From: Macrostomum lignano
Taxonomy: Eukaryota
DNA length: 64,000 bases
Assembly (NCBI GenBank): GCA_002269645.1
Contig: NIVC01000006.1
Coordinates: 558,001-622,000 of the forward strand
Reading direction: 5' to 3'
Under the pieces are notes generated by a model. It saw only the letters and a list, made by a program, of their open reading frames with translations. It was not told where the DNA came from and did not search any database. Position 1 is the stretch's first letter; each line of letters starts with the position of its first letter. Below, piece by piece: positions 37,556 to 57,261 of this stretch. The position numbers and the translations under genes were made by a program.

Positions 37556-39779
37556 GTTGCTTAGAATGTAGGAAACGCTCTGATTCACAGAGCAACGGAG
37601 CTTTTCCCCAAAGACAAGAGGCACACCTGCCATAGTACGAGCGAGTCATCACAGCATCCCATTATTCCACATCAGATTGTTTGTGAAAGAAACCTTCTCA
37701 GTAAAAATACCTGTTGAAAGTCTTGCTAGACAGGTTGTCCACCATACTGACCTCCGCTGCAAACTGGACGCCTCAACCGTCTCGAACTTTCTGAATCCGT
37801 TGAAACTGATTTCAAAGTACCCTTCGTTTATTGGCTTCCTCGCCAATAGCAGCCCCCCCCCCACTTTACCGGGAAATCAGCGAAGGAGGTTCCCCCTGGA
37901 CTTAAAAGTCATAAGATGAACTTTTTGGCGCGTGAGAACCAGAAACTGGTGGAGGATTTGCAACCTAGAGGCACTAGAGAACAGAGCGATTCAGGGGCTT
38001 AAGAGAAACAGGTCCGTCCTGATCAAAAGGGAGACAAAGGTAACGCAGTAGTCATCATGCACCCTACGGGTTATAAATTTGCAGCCTAAAACCAATTGCT
38101 TAACACTAATGCCTATCAACAGCTGGACCAGCCACTGCAACCCGAGACTGCGGAAATTATCAGGGGATCTTCCTCGATTCACGTAACAAAAAGATCATAC
38201 CAGAGAAACAGTTCTCCTATCTTAGTCCCGGGAAGGATTTTCGTCACCGGCATTTCTATACCTGCTCCCAAAAATTCACAAGTACCCGACCACCTGGCTG
38301 ATCCCTTTCCGGGTCCCAGCAGACAGACCTATTGTTAGCGGATGCAGTTCTGAGGCCATCGGGGGCAGAAAATATACATCGATATTTTCTTAAACCGATT
38401 ACCCAAGCGCAACCCACTTTCATTAAGGACTCCTACATGTATGACTCCTATGTACAGAAGGATCGATTCTGGCTACCTGTGATGTCCAGAGCCTAATACT
38501 CCATGATCCCCATAGACCAGGGATTGCAGCGATCCAGGTATTCTTTAACCGATACCCGGACCCTACCAGACCGGATGCTGAGATAATAAAGCTACTGGAA
38601 CTGTGTTTGTGCAGGAATCAATTCTTCTTCTCCCACCTCGCCGTCAGCATCCGAATCAATATTAGCATCAGAATCGTTGCTTTTTGGAGGACTGCTCATT
38701 CTTCTGATGTCTTTGCCTTTTTTCAATGCGAGGTCGCTTACCAGCTGGCTCCAGTACAACAAAGATCGTTGCTGTTTTGGGCTTCATTGATGCCCGCAAT
38801 TACCTGCCTTAGCGACTCATGCGTGGTGACCTGTTCGTCAGCTGTCAGCTGACGAGCCTTTTGCATCACCATCCGCCTCACGTTGCGCATGCGATTATCA
38901 CCACTGGGCAGTTATAGATGACCACAGTGGGTCCTGAATCCGCTCACCTTGGCCGCGTTCTTCCACTACAGCTATCGTGTTGGGCCGTTAGCTGACCCAA
39001 CACAACTTTGTTTATTATTTATTTTCAATAGTTTTTATAGTATACTGGCGTTTCAGTGTTTACCTCGCAATAACGCCAACATTGACAATACCCCCCCCCA
39101 ATTGCGAACCCTTCACACCCAAACCCAAATACTCATGGCCCCACCCCAACCCAACCCTCCTCATTACGATCTGAGTTAGTTTACATAGATTAAACCGTCA
39201 GTACATTTATATGCTCTTTGTAAAACATTGCGCTTGTAAACATGCTTGTGGGAACTAAAAAGTTCATTTAGCGCTGCTACATACACCAAAAGTGTTCGCA
39301 GAACTTTATAGGTTGTTTTTTTGTTTTCGCCCTCCAGCAAGCCCCACCCCCGTCCATTGCCCACCCTCCCCGCACTTAACGGGTTTTGTTATCTGTTTGT
39401 ACCTGACCAACCTCTAATTATCACAACACTCCCCGCGGGACTCCAACCCCCCCCCCCAAGAAATTAGACGCGATTACTGATTATTTCATTCAAAGTTTCA
39501 GTTATTACTATTGAGTAAGATCTTTTGAATATGCATACAATTATTAATAAATGGATAGACAAACTATTTTTACGACGTAGTAACAGTGGCTTATTCAAAA
39601 GCAATTGCTTTTTCTAAGTGCATTTTGTTGTGCTTGAACAGAGTGGCGAGGTAGGAATGATATACGTTTGTGCAGCCCCTAAAATTCTTCAAACTTTCTC
39701 AGACATATTGTATCGATAATATTCCACAGGGGGTGCTGCTTAGTGCTTACCATTCATCTGACCAACCCCATGCTAGGCG

Positions 39780-40240
39780 CGCTGGGCCTCTCTAATTTCT
39801 CCAGTTCAACCGACCCGACTCGCACCCCTACCCCCTCACCCTGTTCATTGCGCGCTGGGCCTCTAATTTTTCCACTTTAACCAACCCGACTCGCACCCCT
39901 ACCCCCTCACCCTGTTCATTGCGTGCTGGGCCTCTAATTTCTCCAGTTTAATCAACATGACTCGCACCCCTACCCCCTCACCTTGTTTATTGCGCGCTGG
40001 CCTCCAGTTTAACCAATCCAACTCGCACCCCTACCCTTCACCCTGTTCATTGCGCGCTGGGCCTCTCCAATTTCTCCAGATTAACCAACCCGACTCGCAC
40101 CCCTACCCCCTCACCCTGTTCATTGCGCTTGGCCTCTCCAATTTCTTCAGTTCAACCAACCCGACTCGCACCCCTACCCCCTCACCCTGTTCATTGCGAG
40201 CTAGGCCTCTCCAATTTCTCCAGTTCAACCAACCCGACCT
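39780..40240. repeat. ~70-bp tandem repeat inside the Penelope element
   Basis: 6-7 copies of CTCGCACCCCTACCCCCTCACCCTGTTCATTGCGCGCTGGGCCTCT...AACCAACCCGA. Confidence 0.9.
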
Positions 40241-41245
40241 GCTAACTTTCGAGCCGACCCACCCCAACTCCTTGCACAGCCTCACCTCCACCACTCCCAT
40301 CGCCACTCTGTCCTCCTATCTCCGTACTGCTCGGCAGGGTTCTGCTACAGCTAACCCATACTACTGAAGATATTTCTTAGAATCTGCAAGAGAGGTACTA
40401 AAACTTATAAACAGGCTTACAGGACCAACGATTAATCTAGGTCGGGTTCCCAAAGGGTTCCATCCCTGTGGCTGTGGGTCAGCGCCGTTGCAAATGCTGC
40501 GCCCATTCACCGCGCACGCTTTCTCCGCCCAGGGACTGCGACCGGCTTCAGTTATTTTTCAGTTTCTCAGAGCCTGTCCTGCGGCTCCACGAGCATCATC
40601 TATGGCATCTCCTGTAACCAGTGCCACCATAAGAAAATCCTCTATGTAGAGATGACAAAAGGACGATGAGAGCAAGAATGAACCAGCATAGGTCACATAT
40701 TAACAGCAACAGAAGAGTTGTTACCTCGGGGTCAGCGCACTTTCTCACCCCAACCACTCGATTGCAAGCATTGTCACCATTGCTATTGAGCAAGTTCTAA
40801 ATAACAACAAAATCGAACTAAAGAAATAAGTCTGGATTAAAAAACTGGAGACTGACAAACAACCGGGTACGAATATCAGGGTTGACAACCATCTTCTCCG
40901 GCCCATCTCACTGGTCCTTCCTTTTTAAAAACCCATCTTCGGTCTGGCTCTCCAACTTCAAAACCCGCATTTCATTTAACCGTTGTATTTTTAAAAACAC
41001 TCTTTTTTAATACACCAAATACTCTGTCAATAAAAATAACTGGTTGAAAGCCTCTGGGACAAGGTAGAGCTAGATAGAACAGATCATTAGATGCACACCC
41101 ATCATACATACAGCTCTCACCGATTTTATCAGTTCGACAAATCATATATGTACTTAAAAGGCAATTTTTAATCGCATTTATTTACGATTACGATTACGAT
41201 TACGATTTATTTACGCATTTATTTACGCATTCAAATACGCTATTT

Positions 41246-41289
41246 ATTGGTCTGACGAAGAGCCTAAATGCTTGAAAGCGGTTGCCAAT
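41246..41289 (+). ncRNA. Putative minimal type I hammerhead ribozyme at the Penelope 3' end
   Basis: ATTGGT-CTGACGA-A-GAGC-ctaaat-GCTT-GAAA-GCGG-TT-GCCAAT. The CUGANGA and GAAA core, stem II (GAGC/GCTT) and stem I (ATTGGT/GCCAAT) are present; stem III is imperfect. Confidence 0.6.
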
Positions 41290-41839
41290 TTTAGAACTGT
41301 TGTGATTCGAAAAAATTAGGTCGTAATAATTGAATTTTATTTGTTATAACGAAGAGAAGGGAAAATACATGTACTTCAGGGCATTATTAAATATTACTGA
41401 GTGAGACAATAGATAATTAAAATATCAATCCTAACTAGCACAAGAACTCCGAGTGTAAAAAGGAAGTCAATACGCCGTGACCTCTCCACTTCTCTTCCCT
41501 CTCCTCTCTGTAGTACATGTATGTAGTGGATATCTGGTTTCTCTCTGTATTGAATCTACTCCGCAAGCAATCTGTAAAGAAAGTATTCGTTATAAACGAA
41601 TAAAACAAGATTACATTAGTATTCATTGCACTTTTGAAAAATAAATATTATTTCTGCATTTTTATAAAAAAAAACTACGCTTGCCGTGCGGTGCGAACTT
41701 TATTAATTCATTGATTAACTGCGAAGCTGGCTACTAATAAGTAGTACATTTCAGTATTTGGGAGTCACGTCTAGTTTAAAATAGGATCCTTTGAGATAAA
41801 ATGTGAAACACAATGCGAGCGCAATCGAGTTACCGCTGG

Positions 41840-51058
<9,219 letters not shown>

Positions 51059-51706
51059 GGGAGGATCTGTTCCGAGTTTATCTATTCAATTTTAAGTGTC
51101 TTTTTCCTACTCAGTTGCAATAAAAGTTTTTCGCGAACTAACTGAATGTATTAACACTAAAGTTACATGCTACTGATTCCAGTTTGCGGTCAGTTGCCAA
51201 TGCTGGAAAGATTTAAGAATATAAGAGCATAAAGTCTCTCAGTTTTCCTATTTTGTGTACGTGTAAGTCAGCTCAATCTGACACTGTTATCTCTCACTGC
51301 ACAGCTATAGAAGTACTTGCAGTATGTGCTCATTTCCACTGCTGCAAACTTCAGTGAAACAAAAAGTTAAACGATAGTGTCAGTTAGTCCACTTTTCCAC
51401 CTTTTCCACTTTTCCTCCATATTCCCATTAACGATTCTATCTATAGGCTCGTACGAGCTATATTATGTAATAAAAAATGATTATGACACTGCTTTAACTT
51501 TGCTCTGAAATTACGAGTATAAATGTTCTGGAGCCGAACGAATGGCCATATGACCTAAAAAAGCTCTCTTTCTACGAACGTACTCCGAAATTCCGACTTT
51601 CAATTTGTACACTCGGGTATTTTTAGCACAATAAAAATTGTTAGAGCAAACTCTTTGCCATTGAAATCAACGCTAGCTGTATTCTCATTCTGAAACACGG
51701 ATACTG

Positions 51707-52130
51707 GAATAACTAGATGGGCCACTCAGGTATATATGCTTGGTAAAAAGGCTTTCTACTTTCAGTTCAGTAGCAAAGAAGAATACATAAGCTATTTTAT
51801 AACAGTTAAGGCAGCTGAAATGACTTTGATAAGCTTTAGAAGCCCAGAGCTTGCAGGCGTAAACGACTTGCTAATTGGTTCAGCAGTAATGTACATTGGC
51901 CAGTCCACTGAAGTCTACAAGGCAGCTTTAGGGTAGAAGTCCGAGAGAAAGACAATAAAAATTGGGTGGCGGGGCGGGGGTAGCTTAACGGTTGGAAGGT
52001 TTAAACTGGGGGGTAGGAGCCAATAAATGAGCCTTGGCTTTAAAAATACAATAAAATGCGTCTGTTTAACTTACTACTGAACTGAAAGTAGCTTGCACGC
52101 AAATGTGCTGAGTGGCCCATCTAGTTATTC
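51707..52130. mobile_element. Small inverted-repeat-bounded element (MITE-like)
   Basis: Perfect 23-bp IR GAATAACTAGATGGGCCACTCAG (51707-51729) / 52108-52130. The region is absent from the paralogous copy A interval. No TSD identified. Confidence 0.6.
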
Positions 52131-52274
52131 TAATTCTAGTATCTGTGGTCTAAAACTGCAGAGCAGTCTCGTGAATTTCTTTATTACTTTTTCTACTGGA
52201 TTGGGCTGGAAGTCTGTGTGCGCTTCTTCTGATATCCTAAAACTGCAGGAGAGGCGGGAGGAGAAATGAAGGAC

Positions 52275-53030
52275 AGAGGGGAGAGAGATGGAAAGTGAGA
52301 TGGGAAGGAAATATAGGGAGATGGGGAGAGGGGGAATTGAGGTGCGAAGGAGAGATCGGGAGATGGGGAGAGAGATGGGGATGGGGAGAGAGATGGGAAG
52401 AGAGATGGGGGATGGGGAGAGAGATGGGGGGATGGGGAGAGAGATGGGGGGATGGGGAGAGAGATGGGAAGACAGATGGGGGGATGGGGAGAGATAGGGA
52501 GAGAGATGGGAAGAGAGATCGGGAGATGGGGAGAGAGATGGGAAGAGAGATGGGGGATGGGGAGAGAGATGGGGGATGGGGAGAGAGATGGGAAGAGAGA
52601 TGGGGGGATGGGGAGAGAGATGGGGGATGGGGAGAGAGATGGGGGGATGGGAAGAGAGATCGGGAGATGGGGAGAGAGATGGGGGATGGGGAGAGAGATG
52701 GGGGGATGGGAAGAGAGATGGGGGGATGGGGAGAGATAGGGAGAGAGATGGGAAGAGAGATCGGGAGATGGGGAGAGAGATGGGGGATGGGGAGAGATAG
52801 GGAGAGAGATGGGAAGAGAGATCGGGAGATGGGGAGAGAGATGGGGGATGGGGAGAGATAGGGAGAGAAATGGGAAGAGAGATGGGGGATGGGGAGAGAG
52901 ATGGGGGGATGGGAAGAGAGATGGGGGATGGGGAGAGAGATGGGGGATGGGGAGAGATAGGGAGAGAGATGGGAAGAGAGATGAAGGATGGGGAGAGAGA
53001 TGGGGGGATGAGGAGAGAGATATGGGGAGA
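52275..53030. repeat. GA-rich minisatellite (GGGGAGAGAGATGGGGGAT variants) upstream of MATE-B
   Basis: Positional equivalent of 36310-37555 with a diverged unit. Confidence 0.92.
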
Positions 53031-53329
53031 GTATTTCAACATTTCAACGCTTCCATTCCGTGCTTCAAAAACATTTGTCAGTTATTTCTCGTAATTCTCT
53101 GTTTAGCCAGGTCCATTCTTGACAGACAGCTCACATTTCAGATGGTTTTTAAAGGAGTCTGGGCTACATGTAAGGGGACGACAAGCTTTGCGGATGAGAA
53201 GACTGGGTGAATTTTCTGACTGACACACTTGCTGAGAGAGTTCCAGTGTGTTAGTGGGACCATCTGTCGGACTAAAATACACATTCCTGACAACTGCTTT
53301 GCGTGTACTTTCTGGCTTCTGAACTCTCG

Positions 53330-56060
53330 TGGAAATCTTGTCAGATATTAGAGACATTCTCTGACAAGAAATCTTGTCAGATAGTAGAGAGATTCTCTGA
53401 CGGGAAATCTTGTCAAATAGTAGAGATACTCTAGTTGGGATCTTGGTAGATAGAGAGATACTCTTTTTTGGATCTTGGTAGACAGAGAGATACTCTTGTT
53501 GGGATCTTGGTAGATAGAGAGATACTCTTGTTGGGATCTTGGTAGATAGAGAGATCCTCTTGTTGGGATCTTGGTAGATAGAGAGATACTCTTGTTGGGA
53601 TCTTGGTAGATAGAGAGATACTCTTGTTGGGATCTTGGTAGATAGAGAGATACTCTTGTTGGGATCTTGGTAGATAGAGAGATAATCTTGTTGGGATCTT
53701 GGTAGATAGAGAGATACTCTTGTTGGGATCTTGGTAGATAGAGAGATACTCTTGACTGGACTACTACCGCGCGCTCAGAGACGCCGAGACGCGACGTCGC
53801 TTTGCCGGTGCCTTTGTCACTGCGCTGGGCGACAAGCGTGGAGGAGCCGAGTACGCGGAGGTGAGCGCTGCAGTTCGAGCCGCTGCGGAGCAAGCAGTCC
53901 CGCTGATGCGACCGGCCCAGCGCGGGCAGCCGGTCTGGCAGGACGACCCCGCGATCGACGAAGCGAGGGAAGATCTGGAGAGGCTTCGTCTGAGTGGGCG
54001 GCCAACTCGCGAGGCGGAGGAGGCTCTGGCGGCTGTCTACCTGCAGCGGCAGCAGTCCGCTGTCGATGACGCCATCCAAGCCGTCTCTGCCGCAGGGCCC
54101 GATGCCAGAGGGCGCGTGGCCTGGTCCGCCATCAACACTCTGACGGGGCGAAAGCGGCGCATTGCACTCAACCTGGCAGGCGACACTCCGGATGAGCGCA
54201 GGAACGAGCTGCGCGAGTTCTTCGCCGCCATTGTCAACGCGCCGCCCCCTCCGCTTCCAGAAAATCTGAGGCTGCCGCCGGAGACGCCGTTGCCGGCGGA
54301 GGAGAGCTTCAATGTTGCCCCAGTCAGCACAGCCGACGTTGTGAAGTTCGCTCGGCGGACGCCGGGCGGCAAAGCGCTTGGTCCGGACGAGGTGCCCACC
54401 GAGGCGCTGCGGATCCACTGCGTGGCCACTGAGGTCGCCAGAGTGATGAACCGCGTGCTTTTCGGTGAGGTGGCGCCAAACGAATGGACCACGGCGCACA
54501 TCGTCGCCATTCCAAAGAAGCCGGGCACCACCAAGCTCGAGGAGCATCGAGGCATCTGCCTACAGTCCTGCGCCGCGAAGCTGTTCAACAGCATGCTGCT
54601 ATCGCGGTTACAGCCTGTGCTGGACCCGTACCTGCGTCCTGAGCAGAACGGATTCCGGCCCCATCGCGGCACAGTGACGCAGATCCTGGCTCTTCGACGA
54701 GTCATCGAGGAGGCGCGCATCCGCCAGTTGACCCTGATCCTGATCTTCGTCGATTTCAGGAAGGCTTTCGACTCGGTCGTGAGGGACGCGCTCCCAGAGG
54801 TGCTCCGTGCGTACAACGTGCCAGAGCTGCTGATTTCTGCTGTCATGGCGCTGTACCACGGCACGACGGCTGCTGTCTCAACACCGGACGGCCTATCGGA
54901 TTTCTTCGAGACATCCTCCGGGGTGCTCCAGGGAGATACGCTAGCGCCGTTCCTATTTATTCTGGTGCTTGACTGGGTGCTACGGACTGCTCTGCCTTCC
55001 AACGACGACGGCTTCCTGCTGCGGCGACGCGTGGGTCGACGCCAACCGGAGAGACGGCTCAGCGTGCTTGGCTACGCCGATGACCTCGCCCTGCTGTCCT
55101 CGACCGTCGAGGGCGCCCAACGACAGCTGGATAGGCTGGTTGCCGTTGCGGCGAGCGTCGGCCTGGTGGTCAACACGCAGAAGACCGTCGTGCTATGCGT
55201 GCCGGACGACACCGAGGCTGCAATCTTCTGCCGAGGCGCTGACAGACAGGCGAGTGAGCTTCCAATATGTCAGCAGTTCGTCTACCTCGGCGGTCTGGTT
55301 CCCGACGTCCGCGAGGATCTGCGGCGTCGCCGAGGACTTGCTTGGGCTGCCTTTCGTTCTATAAGGTCAGTCCTGCAGTCCGAGGCCCTACCGGACCGCC
55401 AGAGGGCGGCGCTGTTCCAGGCGGTGATCGAGACCGTCCTGTTATACAACGCCGAGACCTGGACGCTGACAGACTCGCTCGAGGCTCAAGTCGACGCGGC
55501 GCACGCTGGCCTGCTGCGCGCCGCCTTCAAGATCGGCAACGAGCGAGTCACCAACACGGCGCTCTATCATCGCGCCGGCCTGGCCCGTCCTAGCGATCTG
55601 CTGCGCCGTCGGCGACTCCAGCTGGCAGGCCACGTCATCCGCGCCGAGGCCTACTGTCCGGAGCCGGTGCAGGAGGTGCTGCTACTTACGTTTCAGGCAC
55701 CCTACCGGCGGGGACAGGCGAGGACTCGGCGCTACGTCGACTGTCTGCTGGCTGACGCCGGCGCCCCGGACTCTGCCGGCGGTGCGGCTTTTGTTCGCGC
55801 CCAAGCTTTGAAGCGCGCCATCTGACGCTGCTTTTGTGAACTGGCAGCGTACTCTGTTGTTGTTGAGATACTCTTGTTGGGATCTTGGTAGATAGAGAGA
55901 TAATCTTGTTGGGATCTTGGTAGATAGAGAGATACTCTTGTTGAAATCTTGGTAGATAGAGAGATAATCTTGTTGGGATCTTGGTAGATAGAGAGATAAT
56001 CTTGTTGGGATCTTGGTAGATAGAGAGATACTCTTGTTGGGATCTTGGTAGATAGAGAGA
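53330..56060. repeat. 32-bp minisatellite (GATAGAGAGATACTCTTGTTGGGATCTTGGTA)n, interrupted by a LINE
   Basis: Units at 53330-53754 and 55865-56060. Confidence 0.93.
53755..55864 (+). mobile_element. 5'-truncated non-LTR retrotransposon (RTE-like LINE) with uninterrupted RT ORF
   Basis: Open frame from the truncation point to TGA at 55825 (track ORF 53861-55825). Motifs KALGPDEV, IPKKPG, RGICL, EQNGFR, FVDFRKAFDSV, GVLQGDTLAPFLF, YADDLALL and FVYLG. Short 3' UTR with hairpin ACGCTGC/GCAGCGT and (TGT)n tail. Probable TSD GAGATACTCTTG. The clade call is tentative. Confidence 0.92.
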
Positions 56061-56439
56061 AAATCTTTGTCATGGACAAGAACTTAAAAACAGCAAAAAA
56101 GACAATAATTAGTGAATGCCTTCTTCCGGGCCGAACCCGGCAACAAAAGTCACGCGCAACTCTTCATCTTCATCAGTGTCTTCTATTTGCAAAGAAGAAA
56201 ATTCGTAGATAGAATTATTTTTATAGAAATTTTTACGTTCGTACGTTATCCAAAAGTAACTCCTGCAAGCATATTTTTAATGGCATTTCGAAACTCGACA
56301 ACAAGCATTTTTGAAGCGGTATATCAATTCAGTGTAAAGTTAGTATTTTTTTGTTTTTTTTAGCTGTTATTGACTCATCACCGCGTCTTCCAAATTAATC
56401 TGATAATATTTTCTTTTCCCTGATCCCATTTTCTTTGAT

Positions 56440-57180
56440 CCCTTCTCTAATCCGTTCTCTAATCCTCTTTTCTAATCCCTTCTCTGAGCCCTTCTCTAAT
56501 CCCTTCTCTAATCCCTTCTCTAATCCCTTTCTCTCTGATCCCTTCTCCAATCCCTTCTCTGAGCCCTTCTCTAATCCCTTCTCTAATCCCTTCTCTAATC
56601 CCTTTCTCTCTGATCCCTTCTCCAATCCCTTCTCTGAGCCCTTCTCTAATCCCTTCTCTAATCCCTTCTCTAATCCCTTTCTCTCTGATCCCTTCTCCAA
56701 TCCCTTCTCTGAGCCCTTCTCTAATCCCTTCTCCAATCCCTTCTCTAATCCCTTTCTCTCTGATCCCTTCTCTAATCCCTTCTCTAATCCCTTTCTCTCT
56801 GATCCCTTCTCTAATCCCTTCTCTAATCCCTTTCTCTCTGATCCCTTCTCTAATCCCTTCTCTAATCCCTTGTCTAATCCCTTCTCCAATACCTTTCTCT
56901 CTGATCCCTTCTCTAATCCCTTCTCTAATCCCTTCTCTAATCCCTTCTTTAATCCCTTTCTCTCTGATCCCTTCTCTAATCCCTTCTCTGATCCCTTCTC
57001 TAATCCCTTCTCTAATCCCTTCTCTAATACTTTTCTCTCTGATCCCTTCTCTAATCCCTTCTCTAATACCTTTCTCTCTGATCCCTTCTCTAATCCCTTC
57101 TCGAATCCCTTCTCTGATCCCTTCTCTAATCCCTTCTCTAATCCCTTTCTCTCTGATCCCTTCTCTAATCCCTTCTCTCT
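56440..57180. repeat. 12-bp minisatellite (TCTCTAATCCCT)n
   Basis: Tandem units with periodic variants. Confidence 0.95.
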
Positions 57181-57261
57181 GATCACCAACGTTTCCCATG
57201 TCTAGTCTCAAATCCCAAAACCGCTAACCCTTGCGCCCTCTCCCTCCCCACCCGTCTCCGC

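Larger units (their letters stand above)
37900..41300 (+). mobile_element. Decayed Penelope-like element (RT fragments + GIY-YIG endonuclease)
   Basis: RAIQGLKRN..DKGNAVVIM, LPKIHK..PGRPIVSGC, FIKDS, ATCDVQSL and ELCLCRNQFF at about 37980-38630. GFHPCG..RRCKCC, IYGISCNQC..LYV..MRARMNQHRSHI and WIKKLET..PG at about 40450-40885. Frameshifted; the RT core is replaced by unrelated sequence. Confidence 0.82.

Noticed and set aside
53348-55002. Antisense ORFs (399 aa, 321 aa) over the LINE
   Set aside because: Shadow frames of a GC-rich RT ORF plus repeat translation; no recognisable motifs.
53103-56200. Coding-looking minus-strand fragments at 53103-53335 and about 56115-56200 as an extra gene
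   Set aside because: No convincing donor sites or consistent phases and no recognisable homology; they may be UTR exons of MATE-B.
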